Virus record (IMG/VR): IMGVR_UViG_3300030331_006142
Location: 32,001 to 96,000 of that record
DNA: 64,000 bases
Direction: 5' to 3' (one strand)
DNA from: a virus
Shown here: piece after piece, positions 29,180 to 38,455 of the stretch
Position numbering within the stretch: position 1 is the stretch's first letter
Layout: each line of letters starts with the position of its first letter
Position numbers and translations under genes: made by a program
The notes under the pieces: model-generated
Seen by the model: only the letters and a program-made list of their open reading frames with translations
What the model was told of the DNA's origin: nothing
The model's database searches: none

Positions 29180-29339
29180 TGATTCTCCTGATAACGCTCA
29201 CATGATAAGAGCACCGAATCGGGCTGTTGTCGTCACAGAACTGGACAAGATAACACCTGTTTTGTTCCGCCTTAGCAACGATTATCCCAATACGATTAAC
29301 ATAAGAGTTATCGACCCTCACTAAATCACCGACTTTCAC
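29166..29339 (-). CDS. MKVGDLV mini-protein (array A), 57 aa
   Basis: Manual translation MKVGDLVRVDNSY...RRISESR. Confidence 0.8.
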   Translation of the reverse strand: MKVGDLVRVDNSYVNRIGIIVAKAEQNRCYLVQFCDDNSPIRCSYHVSVIRRISESR

Positions 29340-29502
29340 TGATTAACTCCAAGGAAAAAGTGTAGTGATGAAAGACCTCACTGCCCCTATCGAGCCAAAT
29401 AACATCGCATATGTCGACGTCAACATACGTCTCGACTACAATACCCACTATGCGGTGCTTTTTTGGTATATCAATATGGTGGACCAAATCACCGACTTTC
29501 AC
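29326..29502 (-). CDS. MKVGDLV mini-protein (array A), 58 aa
   Basis: Manual translation MKVGDLVHHID...LELISESR. Confidence 0.8.
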   Translation of the reverse strand: MKVGDLVHHIDIPKKHRIVGIVVETYVDVDICDVIWLDRGSEVFHHYTFSLELISESR

Positions 29503-29638
29503 TGATTAGCTCCAAGTCACATTGCTCGACGCGGAATTCCCCGTCAGGGAATAATACATAAAAACCATGCGGAACAACTTTGGTGATAACTCCAAGACCA
29601 TCCCAGCTAACCTGCTTTACCAAATCACCGACTTTCAT
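29489..29638 (-). CDS. MKVGDLV mini-protein (array A), 49 aa
   Basis: Manual translation MKVGDLVKQVSW...LELISESR. Confidence 0.8.
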   Translation of the reverse strand: MKVGDLVKQVSWDGLGVITKVVPHGFYVLFPDGEFRVEQCDLELISESR

Positions 29639-29844
29639 TCTGGGTGCTTCCTCAACCATCTAAGCAAGCGAACGTCAATAGTTCTGGGGCTTGTCTCCCC
29701 AAGTAACAGAACCTTGTGGTTCTGTATGACCACACCGTCGTCACGATGAATGAAAGCCTCACCCAGATAGACAGCCACTTTATCATTGATATCGCGCGTG
29801 TGCCCGTTAATACGGTCGAACTTTACTAAATCACCGACTTTCAT
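29635..29844 (-). CDS. MKVGDLV mini-protein (array A)
   Basis: ORF track. Confidence 0.85.
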   Translation of the reverse strand: MKVGDLVKFDRINGHTRDINDKVAVYLGEAFIHRDDGVVIQNHKVLLLGETSPRTIDVRLLRWLRKHPE

Positions 29845-30031
29845 TTACCAACTCCAATGTTTGCATCCTATACGTGCGCTGACCATACTTTGTAGCCACA
29901 TGAACATCGGGATTGGGGTTCCATTTAATCTCCTCTGAGTCTTTGAAACTTTCATTCCAACCTAACGACACCACAATCCCGGTCAGGGCCGGGTACGTAC
30001 CGTACACCTTGACCAAGTCACCGATTTTCAC
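29831..30031 (-). CDS. MKIGDLV mini-protein (array A)
   Basis: Start reassigned to GTG 30031; ends LELVNESR. Confidence 0.8.
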   Translation of the reverse strand: MKIGDLVKVYGTYPALTGIVVSLGWNESFKDSEEIKWNPNPDVHVATKYGQRTYRMQTLELVNESR

Positions 30032-30185
30032 TGATGACCTCCAGATTCGCCGCGGGGGCATTTTCGCGTTGACCGGTATCGACAAACATTATCTTAGCAT
30101 AACTCCGATGCAAGGCAACTAATAATGCCAGTCTGCCTGAGTCCCGGCAAAGATGATTGAGTCTTACCAAATCACCGACTTTCAT
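30018..30185 (-). CDS. MKVGDLV mini-protein (array A), 55 aa
   Basis: Manual translation MKVGDLVRLNH...LEVISENR. Confidence 0.8.
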   Translation of the reverse strand: MKVGDLVRLNHLCRDSGRLALLVALHRSYAKIMFVDTGQRENAPAANLEVISENR

Positions 30186-30363
30186 TGACTACAGTTAAAT
30201 CCTTTTTCCTAATTGACAACGTAGCGCCGTTATCTTTGTTCCATCTAACTACTACCAGATAATCAGCATGAGGGTCGGGGCGAATTACCAGGCCATACCA
30301 GTTCTTCCACCTGTCGTGGACTCTTCCCTCTGGGGTATATCTTACCAAGTCCCCGACTTTCAT
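30172..30363 (-). CDS. MKVGDLV mini-protein (array A)
   Basis: ORF track; ends VVNESR. Confidence 0.85.
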   Translation of the reverse strand: MKVGDLVRYTPEGRVHDRWKNWYGLVIRPDPHADYLVVVRWNKDNGATLSIRKKDLTVVNESR

Positions 30364-30450
30364 ATTATTGCCACCGATAGCATCACGGCAAATGCAATAA
30401 CTAGAATTGGAAACATTACAGCTATAATAATTTCCATAATTGCAATCTTA

Positions 30451-30633
30451 TCATCGTCTTTCACTGATTAACTCGCAACCACTTGTGACATACCAAACAA
30501 CTTCTCCTCTGGTGTTGAGGGCTTTGAGTGTTCCACCGTTCTGATTACTATACAGAATCACACCAATATCACTACTGTTCGGTGTGCGATATATGACAAA
30601 GTCGCCAGGCTTAAATTTCACCATTATCTCCAA
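30451..30633 (-). CDS. Diverged member of the mini-protein family
   Basis: FKPGDFV...ELISERR. Confidence 0.7.
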   Translation of the reverse strand: MEIMVKFKPGDFVIYRTPNSSDIGVILYSNQNGGTLKALNTRGEVVWYVTSGCELISERR

Positions 30634-30854
30634 ATAGTCACAAAATGACCAAATTCTCTATCAAAAACCTTCACAAGGCCCTCATAATTACCCATCATCA
30701 TTACCTTACAGATAGCAGCAATCCTTTCTTCTGAGTACCCTAGTTGTCTACCAAACGTATGCACATACGCCATAAGGGCATGGGCGTTACCATCTGGTCC
30801 TGTAAGGTCAATCTCTATTGGCCTGTGTGGCATCTCTTCTTTGCTGCGAATCAT
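30624..30854 (-). CDS. Small phage protein
   Basis: IDLTGPDGNA motif, recalled from other phage proteins. Confidence 0.75.
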   Translation of the reverse strand: MIRSKEEMPHRPIEIDLTGPDGNAHALMAYVHTFGRQLGYSEERIAAICKVMMMGNYEGLVKVFDREFGHFVTIWR

Positions 30855-31051
30855 CTTCCAACGTGCCTCGCGGTCTGCACCGAGCCAACATACTGGTAGG
30901 CTCCCTTGTTATAAGCAGGTGCAGAGCATTTTGCTTTACGGGCCTTTTCGCGGTTGGCAGCGTGGGCGCCACAGTCAAGACAAGTTCTGTAGCCCAGTTC
31001 GAGGCGCCTTGGGTTAAAAGATTCATAACAGATAATGCAAGTAGGATTCAT
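30851..31051 (-). CDS. DksA/TraR-type C4 zinc-finger mini-protein
   Basis: CIICYESFNPRRLELGYRTCLDC. Confidence 0.65.
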   Translation of the reverse strand: MNPTCIICYESFNPRRLELGYRTCLDCGAHAANREKARKAKCSAPAYNKGAYQYVGSVQTARHVGR

Positions 31052-31078
31052 GGTTATCTCCAGATTATTACTATATAT

Positions 31079-31107
31079 AGTATATCAGCTAAGTGCCTAA
31101 AAGTCAA
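31079..31107 (-). promoter_or_regulatory. sigma70-type promoter
   Basis: TTGACT-N17-TATACT. Confidence 0.7.
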
Positions 31108-31358
31108 GGCTTTTTTTTAGCATATTTCAGGTCGCGACGGTCAAAGTATGATTCCCAATAATAATAATTTCCGCGTGTTGCATATTCTCGTTTCTGCGAG
31201 TGATTAAACACAGATTTACACCAAAGAATCTTGTAAGTTCCACAGAAATATGCGCCTCGAACTTCTTTGATAATTCCAACGTCACCATCTCTAATCCAGC
31301 CTGTTCTTTTTATCTTCTTACCATAAGAAGATAATGTAACCAAGTCACCGACTTTCAC
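31104..31358 (-). CDS. MKVGDLV mini-protein (array B)
   Basis: ORF track; similar to 37539-37763. Confidence 0.85.
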   Translation of the reverse strand: MKVGDLVTLSSYGKKIKRTGWIRDGDVGIIKEVRGAYFCGTYKILWCKSVFNHSQKREYATRGNYYYWESYFDRRDLKYAKKKP

Positions 31359-31539
31359 TGATAACCTCCGCTTGTGATTCCCAGAGTGGACCCATCAAAG
31401 TGGGGAATGTTGGAGAACGGGCATCCCATAAGACTTTGAATAGTCTCCTGCGAGATGACAGTGGGCGAGGAACTTCTGCCACGACAATACCAACTCTTTC
31501 CATCCCCCAACTCTCTTTTACCAAATCACCGACTTTCAT
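31345..31539 (-). CDS. MKVGDLV mini-protein (array B)
   Basis: Ends EVISESR overlapping next start. Confidence 0.85.
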   Translation of the reverse strand: MKVGDLVKESWGMERVGIVVAEVPRPLSSRRRLFKVLWDARSPTFPTLMGPLWESQAEVISESR

Positions 31540-31542
31540 CAG

Positions 31543-31833
31543 TTAGCTCCACGGACCTTTAACAACATTCTCTGATTTAATAATCTCTGCCTCCTTTTCA
31601 AGGAAAGCACGATACTCTTCGTTTAGGGTCCAGCCAACTTCCATAGTTTCGTTATTTAGTACGCCTTCGACGCGGCCTTCGCAAATACAGGAAAGCAGCT
31701 CACAAAAAATGGCCTGAGAGTTTGCAGCTTCGAGTACACCTCTATTGTAGGAATCAACAATGAAGTGTAGAACTTTTGTCCCCTGTCGATTGAGATTCTT
31801 TCTTGCTGTAATTGGGTCCACGTAATCAAACAT
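31543..31833 (-). CDS. Hypothetical protein
   Basis: AAGGAG RBS; upstream TTGACA-N17-TATTAT. Confidence 0.75.
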   Translation of the reverse strand: MFDYVDPITARKNLNRQGTKVLHFIVDSYNRGVLEAANSQAIFCELLSCICEGRVEGVLNNETMEVGWTLNEEYRAFLEKEAEIIKSENVVKGPWS

Positions 31834-31890
31834 AAAAAACTCCTTAATTTTCAGTTACTTATAATATAATACACTATCTACGTTGTACTG

Positions 31891-32142
31891 TCAAGATAAA
31901 AATCTATAAAAGTTTAATCCATACTGCGTGGGGCGAATGTCATTTTGCGAGAAAACCACCAAACATTGCTCACTGTGAAGTTGCGAAAGCGATTCTTCAA
32001 AAGCGCGGACACTAAAGGGCATCTTGAAGTCTCCACAATACTGCTTAACGAGGTTGCGCAAAAAAGAGCCGGTAACTGACACACCAGGGTGCTGAGGAAC
32101 AGACTCCATTATCAGCGATTTATATCTAAAGTAGTCTTTCAC
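31891..32142 (-). CDS. Hypothetical protein
   Basis: ORF track. Confidence 0.6.
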   Translation of the reverse strand: MKDYFRYKSLIMESVPQHPGVSVTGSFLRNLVKQYCGDFKMPFSVRAFEESLSQLHSEQCLVVFSQNDIRPTQYGLNFYRFLS

Positions 32143-32234
32143 ATTTTTCTCTTTCTGAAGAAGTCTATCAGAGCCGAGCTGATTACAATTGCCGATACAA
32201 GCAAAAATAAGTCCATAATAAAACTAATCATACA

Positions 32235-32423
32235 TCAGTCCTCCCTGTCTCTTGTTCTGCCGTAGAGTTCATCAATCTTTCTCTGCTTCTCGACTTTAAG
32301 CAATATCTGACGCCAAAGTTCTTCTTTCTGCTTTTGGTAGAGTGCGTGGTGGTAGCGATTCCTCAAAAGCATATAGATACCGGCACATAGAACAACCCAC
32401 AATAAAAATTCAAGCTCTGCCAT
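32235..32423 (-). CDS. Small membrane-anchored protein
   Basis: N-terminal hydrophobic helix. Confidence 0.65.
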   Translation of the reverse strand: MAELEFLLWVVLCAGIYMLLRNRYHHALYQKQKEELWRQILLKVEKQRKIDELYGRTRDRED

Positions 32424-32428
32424 TGAAG

Positions 32429-32650
32429 TTATCCTTCCAGGATTTCATAGCCGTTAATCGCTGGGTCGGTGTTTACAACATAAATTGTAGCTTTGCTGTC
32501 TCCCGGAAACATAACTTTAATTACATGGCTGTAGTGAGTTTCAACATCTGCGTCGTCAATTTCCACCTTTTGCGCTGCAGTGATGATTCCGATTTTGTTA
32601 TCGCTTGTCTTAATGCTCTTGCCTACCATTCTATAGACCTCGTAACCCAT
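32429..32650 (-). CDS. Hypothetical protein
   Basis: Coupled ORF. Confidence 0.6.
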   Translation of the reverse strand: MGYEVYRMVGKSIKTSDNKIGIITAAQKVEIDDADVETHYSHVIKVMFPGDSKATIYVVNTDPAINGYEILEG

Positions 32651-32949
32651 ATTTCAAAGTCGCATGGGCAGCCATATCTCTCAATATCATCTTCACTTTC
32701 TCCTAGTCTAATCATTCCATAGTCTTCATCGTGAAGCTGGTAGAGCATGTCCATGAACGCGGTGATGTCAGGGTAATCTTCGTACCACTTAACATGTTGC
32801 CATCGAAAGCTGCCAGCGTCATAGTCCGCGGTGTCGGCGAACTCTATGAGTTCTTGAATGTTGTTATCCATTTCAGCAAAAATCTTAACCACTTTTGCTG
32901 CCTCCGGCGTAAATCTGACTGCAACGTCTGAACGATAGCCCATTTTCAT
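32623..32949 (-). CDS. Phage hypothetical protein
   Basis: MGYRSDV...VKWY...IRLGE pattern; upstream promoter. Confidence 0.75.
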   Translation of the reverse strand: MKMGYRSDVAVRFTPEAAKVVKIFAEMDNNIQELIEFADTADYDAGSFRWQHVKWYEDYPDITAFMDMLYQLHDEDYGMIRLGESEDDIERYGCPCDFEIWVTRSIEW

Positions 32950-32978
32950 TTTCCTAAACTGTTTAATGTAATACTATT

Positions 32979-33203
32979 TTACGCTAATTTTATTCTTTTG
33001 TCAAGCTTTTTTGCGGTTTTTGTTGAGATTATTTTCCAGCGGTGAGAAGGCCACCATCTAGCATTTCCACTATTATCTAATACCAATATATCATTGACAG
33101 AATCATTGGTCTCCAGCACAAGACCCCATGACATTAGGGATTCCCACTCGTTGGTATTTGTGATATAGCAGGCTACTAAATCGCCGCGGCGCATAAGACT
33201 CAT
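32979..33203 (-). CDS. RxGDLV SH3-like mini-protein
   Basis: MRRGDLV...WGLVL. Confidence 0.65.
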   Translation of the reverse strand: MSLMRRGDLVACYITNTNEWESLMSWGLVLETNDSVNDILVLDNSGNARWWPSHRWKIISTKTAKKLDKRIKLA

Positions 33204-33214
33204 AGTAACTATAA

Positions 33215-33640
33215 CTATCTCTTATCAAGCCATTTTACCCTTGTTCCTAGTAAATGGTCCATCAAGGGACATATTACACACCAATTCGCGTTCTGATTTC
33301 TTCCCATATGATGTTCGTAATGCCAGGGCATCCATTTCTTAAAAAAATCAACGTATGTATGACTCATTCGATGCAAGACCATATAAAGAAACCCATAAGC
33401 AATCGCAGTCAAGGCGAAGCAGGGCCAGACAAAAACAAGTGGAACATGCAATAGTACGGCCACCATAGTTAGATAGGTCTCTTTGTGGAAGAGCTTTTCT
33501 TTGTAGTCGGGGTCGTGGTTTTGGTGTCTTCGAGCTACTCCGTGGTGTTTCCAGTGAAACTTAAAGCGGGACTTTCCTTTAGGCTTATGTAATAATATGT
33601 GAACTCCCCAATCAAGGAAATTTGCATACAAAAAGCCCAA
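33215..33640 (-). CDS. Fatty-acid hydroxylase/sterol desaturase superfamily membrane protein
   Basis: His boxes HILLH, HWKHH, HRMSH, HYEHH, then NW...D; true start may be further upstream. Confidence 0.85.
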   Translation of the reverse strand: MGFLYANFLDWGVHILLHKPKGKSRFKFHWKHHGVARRHQNHDPDYKEKLFHKETYLTMVAVLLHVPLVFVWPCFALTAIAYGFLYMVLHRMSHTYVDFFKKWMPWHYEHHMGRNQNANWCVICPLMDHLLGTRVKWLDKR

Positions 33641-33985
33641 TAATATCCCCGCTACTACCCCAAGTCGGCATCCTCTGTTTGTGAAAGCTGCGTATGAAAT
33701 TACGCACCCTATTTAACTATTCGTCTACTACTAAAATTACCAAAAGAAAAAAGAAAACAACGATAATCGCGACGAAAGCTCGCCAAAGCATGTACCATTC
33801 AAGCTCTGTCATTGATTACCACCAGGGAGGCTGTCCTCATCGCCTTGCCTTCACCAGTCTACTTCTAATTTTATTCTCTTTCACCCACAAGGCATCCTCA
33901 AACGCTTTACTGTGGTCCAGTTGAACGCGGTTATAGACATTCGCGCTGCATACATATATTATAAATTTCTGGTGGTTCTCAAACA

Positions 33986-35224
33986 TTAATCTACAGCCAC
34001 TACCCTCTCTTTGGTTTCAAAGAAAGGGCGGGATGCATGGCGCTGCGTTGTCATCCACATACGCTGGCACTTGCTTCGTTTGGGCTTGGGGGCACACATG
34101 TCTGTTAAAACAATGTGGCCATCGAAGTTACCATTGTTGACGTACTCCGTGGGAGCGTCAAAGCATGTGCCGCCCGAAAGGACACGTTCGGTTTTTCTTT
34201 TCTGGCCCTTTTTCCATGTAAAGACCTTCGATTCGTCAACTCTTGTATCAAAAGGGACGACCACAAATTCTGCAATCTCTGCCAATTTTCCGAGTTCTGC
34301 AAAGAACTTCCCCAGCATCGTGTCGTCAACTGAGCCTGACTGGTCGATGCTGACAGCTATTCGGGCCGTTCTGTTACTTTTCTTGCCTGGATGGATATAC
34401 GCGTATCTACGATTAATTCTCTTTATCGAGCTGGACCTGTTTGCTCGCTGACTGGCTTTGACAAAAAATCTGAGGACCTTTCGCCAATCTACTTTTGTCT
34501 CTAGGGCCTTCATAACTTCACTTCTCACGGAAGCCGAGACGGAACCCCACGAGTTGTTTTTGGAGCACTCCTCGCCGGCCTTCTTGACTATCTCCTTGAG
34601 TCTTTGGTTGGCTACGTCCTTGGCCTCTTGGGGGCATTTGCCCCAGCCGCTATGGTCGTCTAGGGTATCAATCTCGTCAAGCAAATCCTCAAGCGTCTGT
34701 GGTTTTTTCCCGCTTGGCTGGCCTTCTCCTGAACCTGAAGGAACGCCTTGAGCAGAGTCCGGGTCGGAATCTTGGATTTCACCCTCTTCTTTGCTGGTCC
34801 TCTTCTTTGGAAGGTTTGCAAGATACCACTCTGCGCTTTCTCCGCGAGGGAAATCCTTGAAAAGCCCCTCTCCAGGGATGAGTCCACCCTCCGGTAAGTT
34901 GTCCAAGTGCGAGTTTATAGCCAAGTCTGCTGCAATGTTCCACCTCTTCACAGGTACCCCCTCCGGCATGCGACCAGTCACATGAAGAAATACAACGTGA
35001 TAAAATTCATGTTTTAGGACATCTCTCCTCTCTGCGTCTGTTAGCTTTTGGAAGAACTCCGGGTTGTAAAGCATTTCAAATTGGCTGGTGTCGGGATTAA
35101 CCATAACTCCAGCCGTTGGAATTGCAAAGGTGGCGCGCTTATCAATCCGTCGCGAGATTGATGCAAAAAACGGCTCGTCCATAAGCAGCCGTGCGGTGTG
35201 CATGTTAAGGTCAAAGCTAGTCAT
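33986..35224 (-). CDS. Metallopeptidase + VWA-like protein (DUF2201 type)
   Basis: HEFYH, NIAADLAIN, MIDAS-like DQSGS, GGT.F, VLTD. Confidence 0.9.
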   Translation of the reverse strand: MTSFDLNMHTARLLMDEPFFASISRRIDKRATFAIPTAGVMVNPDTSQFEMLYNPEFFQKLTDAERRDVLKHEFYHVVFLHVTGRMPEGVPVKRWNIAADLAINSHLDNLPEGGLIPGEGLFKDFPRGESAEWYLANLPKKRTSKEEGEIQDSDPDSAQGVPSGSGEGQPSGKKPQTLEDLLDEIDTLDDHSGWGKCPQEAKDVANQRLKEIVKKAGEECSKNNSWGSVSASVRSEVMKALETKVDWRKVLRFFVKASQRANRSSSIKRINRRYAYIHPGKKSNRTARIAVSIDQSGSVDDTMLGKFFAELGKLAEIAEFVVVPFDTRVDESKVFTWKKGQKRKTERVLSGGTCFDAPTEYVNNGNFDGHIVLTDMCAPKPKRSKCQRMWMTTQRHASRPFFETKERVVAVD

Positions 35225-35235
35225 AGTATATCCCC

Positions 35236-36294
35236 TTACTTGGAATCGCCTGCAAGAATCTTAACCAAGTAGTCAGAAACAGAATCTCCGTCTACTTCTG
35301 ATTGGTGGAGCTTGATTGTGTTGTTGATTTCTCCATTACCCAATACAGACCACAACTTCATAGCGACCTCAGAGGGCAGCGTAATAAAGTATCTTGCCAG
35401 GTTGTCCACTTGGCCTTGCTCCATCTCTGTCTTGAAAGCATCTGATGCATCGAACTTATCAATCAGCGCAGTGTGGTCATTGATGCCAAAATCAGCAACC
35501 TTACTCAGCTTGCCATGAACAAGAATGTCCTCGACTGTTACCTGTCTATCGTAATTTTGAACAAAGTCGTTGAACGAAACGGCGGCTTCAAAGCCGACGA
35601 ACGCGGACGTCAAAGTATATAGCGCAGGACTAGCCTCCTCCAAAAGGTTGGCTTGCTGCAGGCACTCATCAAGTCGTTCCCAGGAGCGGCGACTAGGATA
35701 GACCTTGTTGGGTTCGTGGTCGTCTGTGTGCTCAAGGTGCGCCCGGTTTTGGTTAATGAAGTCCCAAGTAATATCTGAAACAGAGTTGTCCTTAGCCCAG
35801 GTCAACCAGTCCTCGACACTAGGCTCGACGTCGAACACAGTCCAGCGGTCGAGTTCGGCTGGGTCCATCTCACCAACTTGGTACTGTGAACCGTGTTCAC
35901 CACCATTCACGGCGGCGAATACAAGCGTGTCCTCGTGTAGTGTATGACCATTGAGCTTGCGACTGTCGGTTAACTCGAAGATGCCTTGACGAACTTCGAT
36001 AGTGGCTCGGTCAACTTCGTCGAGAAACAAAACAACAGGCTTGTCGCAAGCAGTCTTGAACCAGTCTGGTGGATTGAAGCGAGTCGAGTTACCTTCGATA
36101 GAAGGTAAACCAACCAAATCACCCTCGGTCATCTGTGATGCGCGGCGTTCTACGACAGGCAAACCCATGTTATCAGCGAACTGATAAACTACTGTAGATT
36201 TACCAATACCATGACGACCTCGTAACAAGACAGGCTTGCGTACATTGGTAACGTGGTGAACGATGTTTGAGAATGTTGCGAAGTCAACTGCCAT
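35236..36294 (-). CDS. MoxR/dynein-related AAA+ ATPase
   Basis: GRHGIGKS, LFLDEVDR, AAVN, DPAELDR, PSRRSW. Confidence 0.92.
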   Translation of the reverse strand: MAVDFATFSNIVHHVTNVRKPVLLRGRHGIGKSTVVYQFADNMGLPVVERRASQMTEGDLVGLPSIEGNSTRFNPPDWFKTACDKPVVLFLDEVDRATIEVRQGIFELTDSRKLNGHTLHEDTLVFAAVNGGEHGSQYQVGEMDPAELDRWTVFDVEPSVEDWLTWAKDNSVSDITWDFINQNRAHLEHTDDHEPNKVYPSRRSWERLDECLQQANLLEEASPALYTLTSAFVGFEAAVSFNDFVQNYDRQVTVEDILVHGKLSKVADFGINDHTALIDKFDASDAFKTEMEQGQVDNLARYFITLPSEVAMKLWSVLGNGEINNTIKLHQSEVDGDSVSDYLVKILAGDSK

Positions 36295-36349
36295 GATGAA
36301 TCTCCTTAGTTGTTAGCAGTTATTGGTTACTCTCTCACTGTATATAAAT

Positions 36350-36378
36350 AGTATATCACAGGTGGCTATCAAGGTCAA
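36350..36378 (-). promoter_or_regulatory. sigma70-type promoter
   Basis: TTGACC-N17-TATACT. Confidence 0.7.
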
Positions 36379-36387
36379 GAACTATTT

Positions 36388-36981
36388 TTATGAAAGTTCT
36401 ACAATTCTCTTAAACGCACTGGAGCGAATATCAGGGTCTAACTCTGTTGAAATCTTTACTGCAAGTTCAGTGTCGCAGCCGGGGGCGCTCAGAATATCAA
36501 TAACATCCGACCTCCTAGACCAAGCCGAATGGTTGCCTGGTGCGCGGCGCTCAGATGCATAAAACCTATCATAAATAGCGTGCAATAAGTCCGTTGGGGT
36601 TCCCTCGGAGCCGTTGCGATTTCCGGTCCAAGAATAGCCGCGGCCGAAGAACGCCCTTTTCATTCGCCAGAATGAGCGATTCCACGAGCTAGGAAACCTG
36701 TTATACAACTGTCGATACCTTTCTGGCTCTTCAATATAATGTCCGTTGGCGACTAGCATTGCTTTGAGGCTGTACCCTTTGTTTACCCTATCCGACCAGA
36801 GCAGGTCTCTTGCCTTCTTGGTCAAGCCGGAGTTTTCTGCCAAGTACCAGTGCGCACGGGCGTAAGGGTGTTCAGCGATTCCGATTTGGATTGCCTCAGG
36901 AAGAAACTGATTTTTGGCCAAACCAATTAATTCTGCAGTAGTCATCCTGTAGATATTGTTTGTTAGTTGCTCAATGGACAT
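36388..36981 (-). CDS. Hypothetical protein
   Basis: 197 aa ORF after promoter. Confidence 0.75.
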   Translation of the reverse strand: MSIEQLTNNIYRMTTAELIGLAKNQFLPEAIQIGIAEHPYARAHWYLAENSGLTKKARDLLWSDRVNKGYSLKAMLVANGHYIEEPERYRQLYNRFPSSWNRSFWRMKRAFFGRGYSWTGNRNGSEGTPTDLLHAIYDRFYASERRAPGNHSAWSRRSDVIDILSAPGCDTELAVKISTELDPDIRSSAFKRIVELS

Positions 36982-37050
36982 TTATAATCCTTCTTAGGAG
37001 TTGAATAGTTATTATATAATATCAGAGAAAGTTCAAGAAGTCAAGCGAAA

Positions 37051-37269
37051 TTAATCAAAATGCTTTAGCCACTTTGCTCTGACCCAGCGGTCGTCGCCGT
37101 TGATAAAGCGAACCATGCAATGGTATTCATCAATATGCCAGAGACACTGTTCAGTGCTGGTGACATAATTGTTTATTAATTCTGCTTTGACGACAATTCC
37201 TGCTGTTTGTTTTTGGTCTTTTTCCAGGGGACAATAAACTAAGTCCCCAATGTCAAACTTCTGCCTCAT
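37051..37269 (-). CDS. IGDLV SH3-like mini-protein
   Basis: FDIGDLV...AGIVV. Confidence 0.7.
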   Translation of the reverse strand: MRQKFDIGDLVYCPLEKDQKQTAGIVVKAELINNYVTSTEQCLWHIDEYHCMVRFINGDDRWVRAKWLKHFD

Positions 37270-37341
37270 GTATTATCTTATACCACATGAGGCAAAAAAA
37301 ATCAAATCTTTTTGAAAGAAATTTTCCTTGTCTGTCAGTTA

Positions 37342-37542
37342 TCATTGCGGGTTGACCGGGCGCAGCTCGGCTAACTGATACCAATCTCTTTGGGAAGTTG
37401 TATGGTTTAGCCATCTGACCCTGTAACCGTATGTGGTCGGGTGGCCAAGGTGGTCTGCCAGGTCAATATTTAGCAGAACTCCAAGCAGAACAGAGCTGTT
37501 GGTAGCTTTGCAGTAGAATCTCACCAAATCTCCAACCTTCAC
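37342..37542 (-). CDS. MKVGDLV mini-protein (array C)
   Basis: ORF track. Confidence 0.8.
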   Translation of the reverse strand: MKVGDLVRFYCKATNSSVLLGVLLNIDLADHLGHPTTYGYRVRWLNHTTSQRDWYQLAELRPVNPQ

Positions 37543-37763
37543 TGTTGCCTCTTTCGCCGGGCGTAAGCCAGTTCTCTTCGTGAGTGATTATCGTTGGGAG
37601 TAAGACCGTTCTGGGGCTTTGACCACCTAACCTGATAGGGGTACATACCTTTGTGGATAGCTATAACTAAGCCTAGCTGGCTTGCATCCCGCAATGTAAT
37701 TCTTTTATTGTAATTGCGCAGCTTTCCATAAGCTGAGAGCTTAACCAGGTCGCCCACCTTCAT
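37539..37763 (-). CDS. MKVGDLV mini-protein (array C)
   Basis: Start reassigned to ATG 37763. Confidence 0.8.
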   Translation of the reverse strand: MKVGDLVKLSAYGKLRNYNKRITLRDASQLGLVIAIHKGMYPYQVRWSKPQNGLTPNDNHSRRELAYARRKRQQ

Positions 37764-37764
37764 G

Positions 37765-38280
37765 TCACTTCCCATTGACAAGTTCAAAGTCTCGCTCCGG
37801 ATATCTAGAACGCCCGCGCCATCCAACTGTCTCATTTAGCCAACTTGAATTCTCTCCCCCTGAGAAATGTATCTCCAAATACTTTCCAGAGCAAGAGAGA
37901 ACAATCCCGACTGCATTGTCGTAGCCGCAGCGGATTGCGCGCTTATTGCTTTTCCCCCTAACCAGGGAGCCAACTGGGTATTTAGGCGGAGGTGACTTAA
38001 GTCTATCAATCAACTGAGTACCGTTACTCCAGAATGTTCCCGGAAAATAATCGGTATGAGGGTCGGACTCTTGGCCGACCGCTTTTGTGTGAAAGCTGCT
38101 AACAGATGGTGCGGAGTTTTCATCTTCCCAATCACTCGGCTCGACATACCATGACGCCACAGTATCTTCATAAATAAGCCACTCTTTTCGACGCTTTTTA
38201 TGAGGGTCGTCAGAAGTGATGGGTAGAACCTTAGTGCCAAGACGCTTAAAGAGTTTATTAAGAAATGATTTGTACTTCAT
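37765..38280 (-). CDS. Hypothetical protein with C-terminal SH3-like module
   Basis: YPVGSLV...VGIVL...FELVN. Confidence 0.75.
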   Translation of the reverse strand: MKYKSFLNKLFKRLGTKVLPITSDDPHKKRRKEWLIYEDTVASWYVEPSDWEDENSAPSVSSFHTKAVGQESDPHTDYFPGTFWSNGTQLIDRLKSPPPKYPVGSLVRGKSNKRAIRCGYDNAVGIVLSCSGKYLEIHFSGGENSSWLNETVGWRGRSRYPERDFELVNGK

Positions 38281-38455
38281 TAGTGGACCTCATCGCTCAC
38301 AACGGGTTGGAACATCAACTTAACATCATTGAGCACTTCGGTTAGTACTTCAGCTTTCTCTGGGTTATCGTAGTTTTCGACAAATTTTACATTTAGTAAG
38401 GCAACCAGAGCTGCAACATTAACCGCTTCTTCTAGTGTATCATTCATGTTCAACC

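Noticed and set aside
28985-30363. CRISPR array interpretation of the regular ~30-bp repeats
   Set aside because: Intervening segments are over 100 bp, variable in length and protein-coding; no cas genes seen
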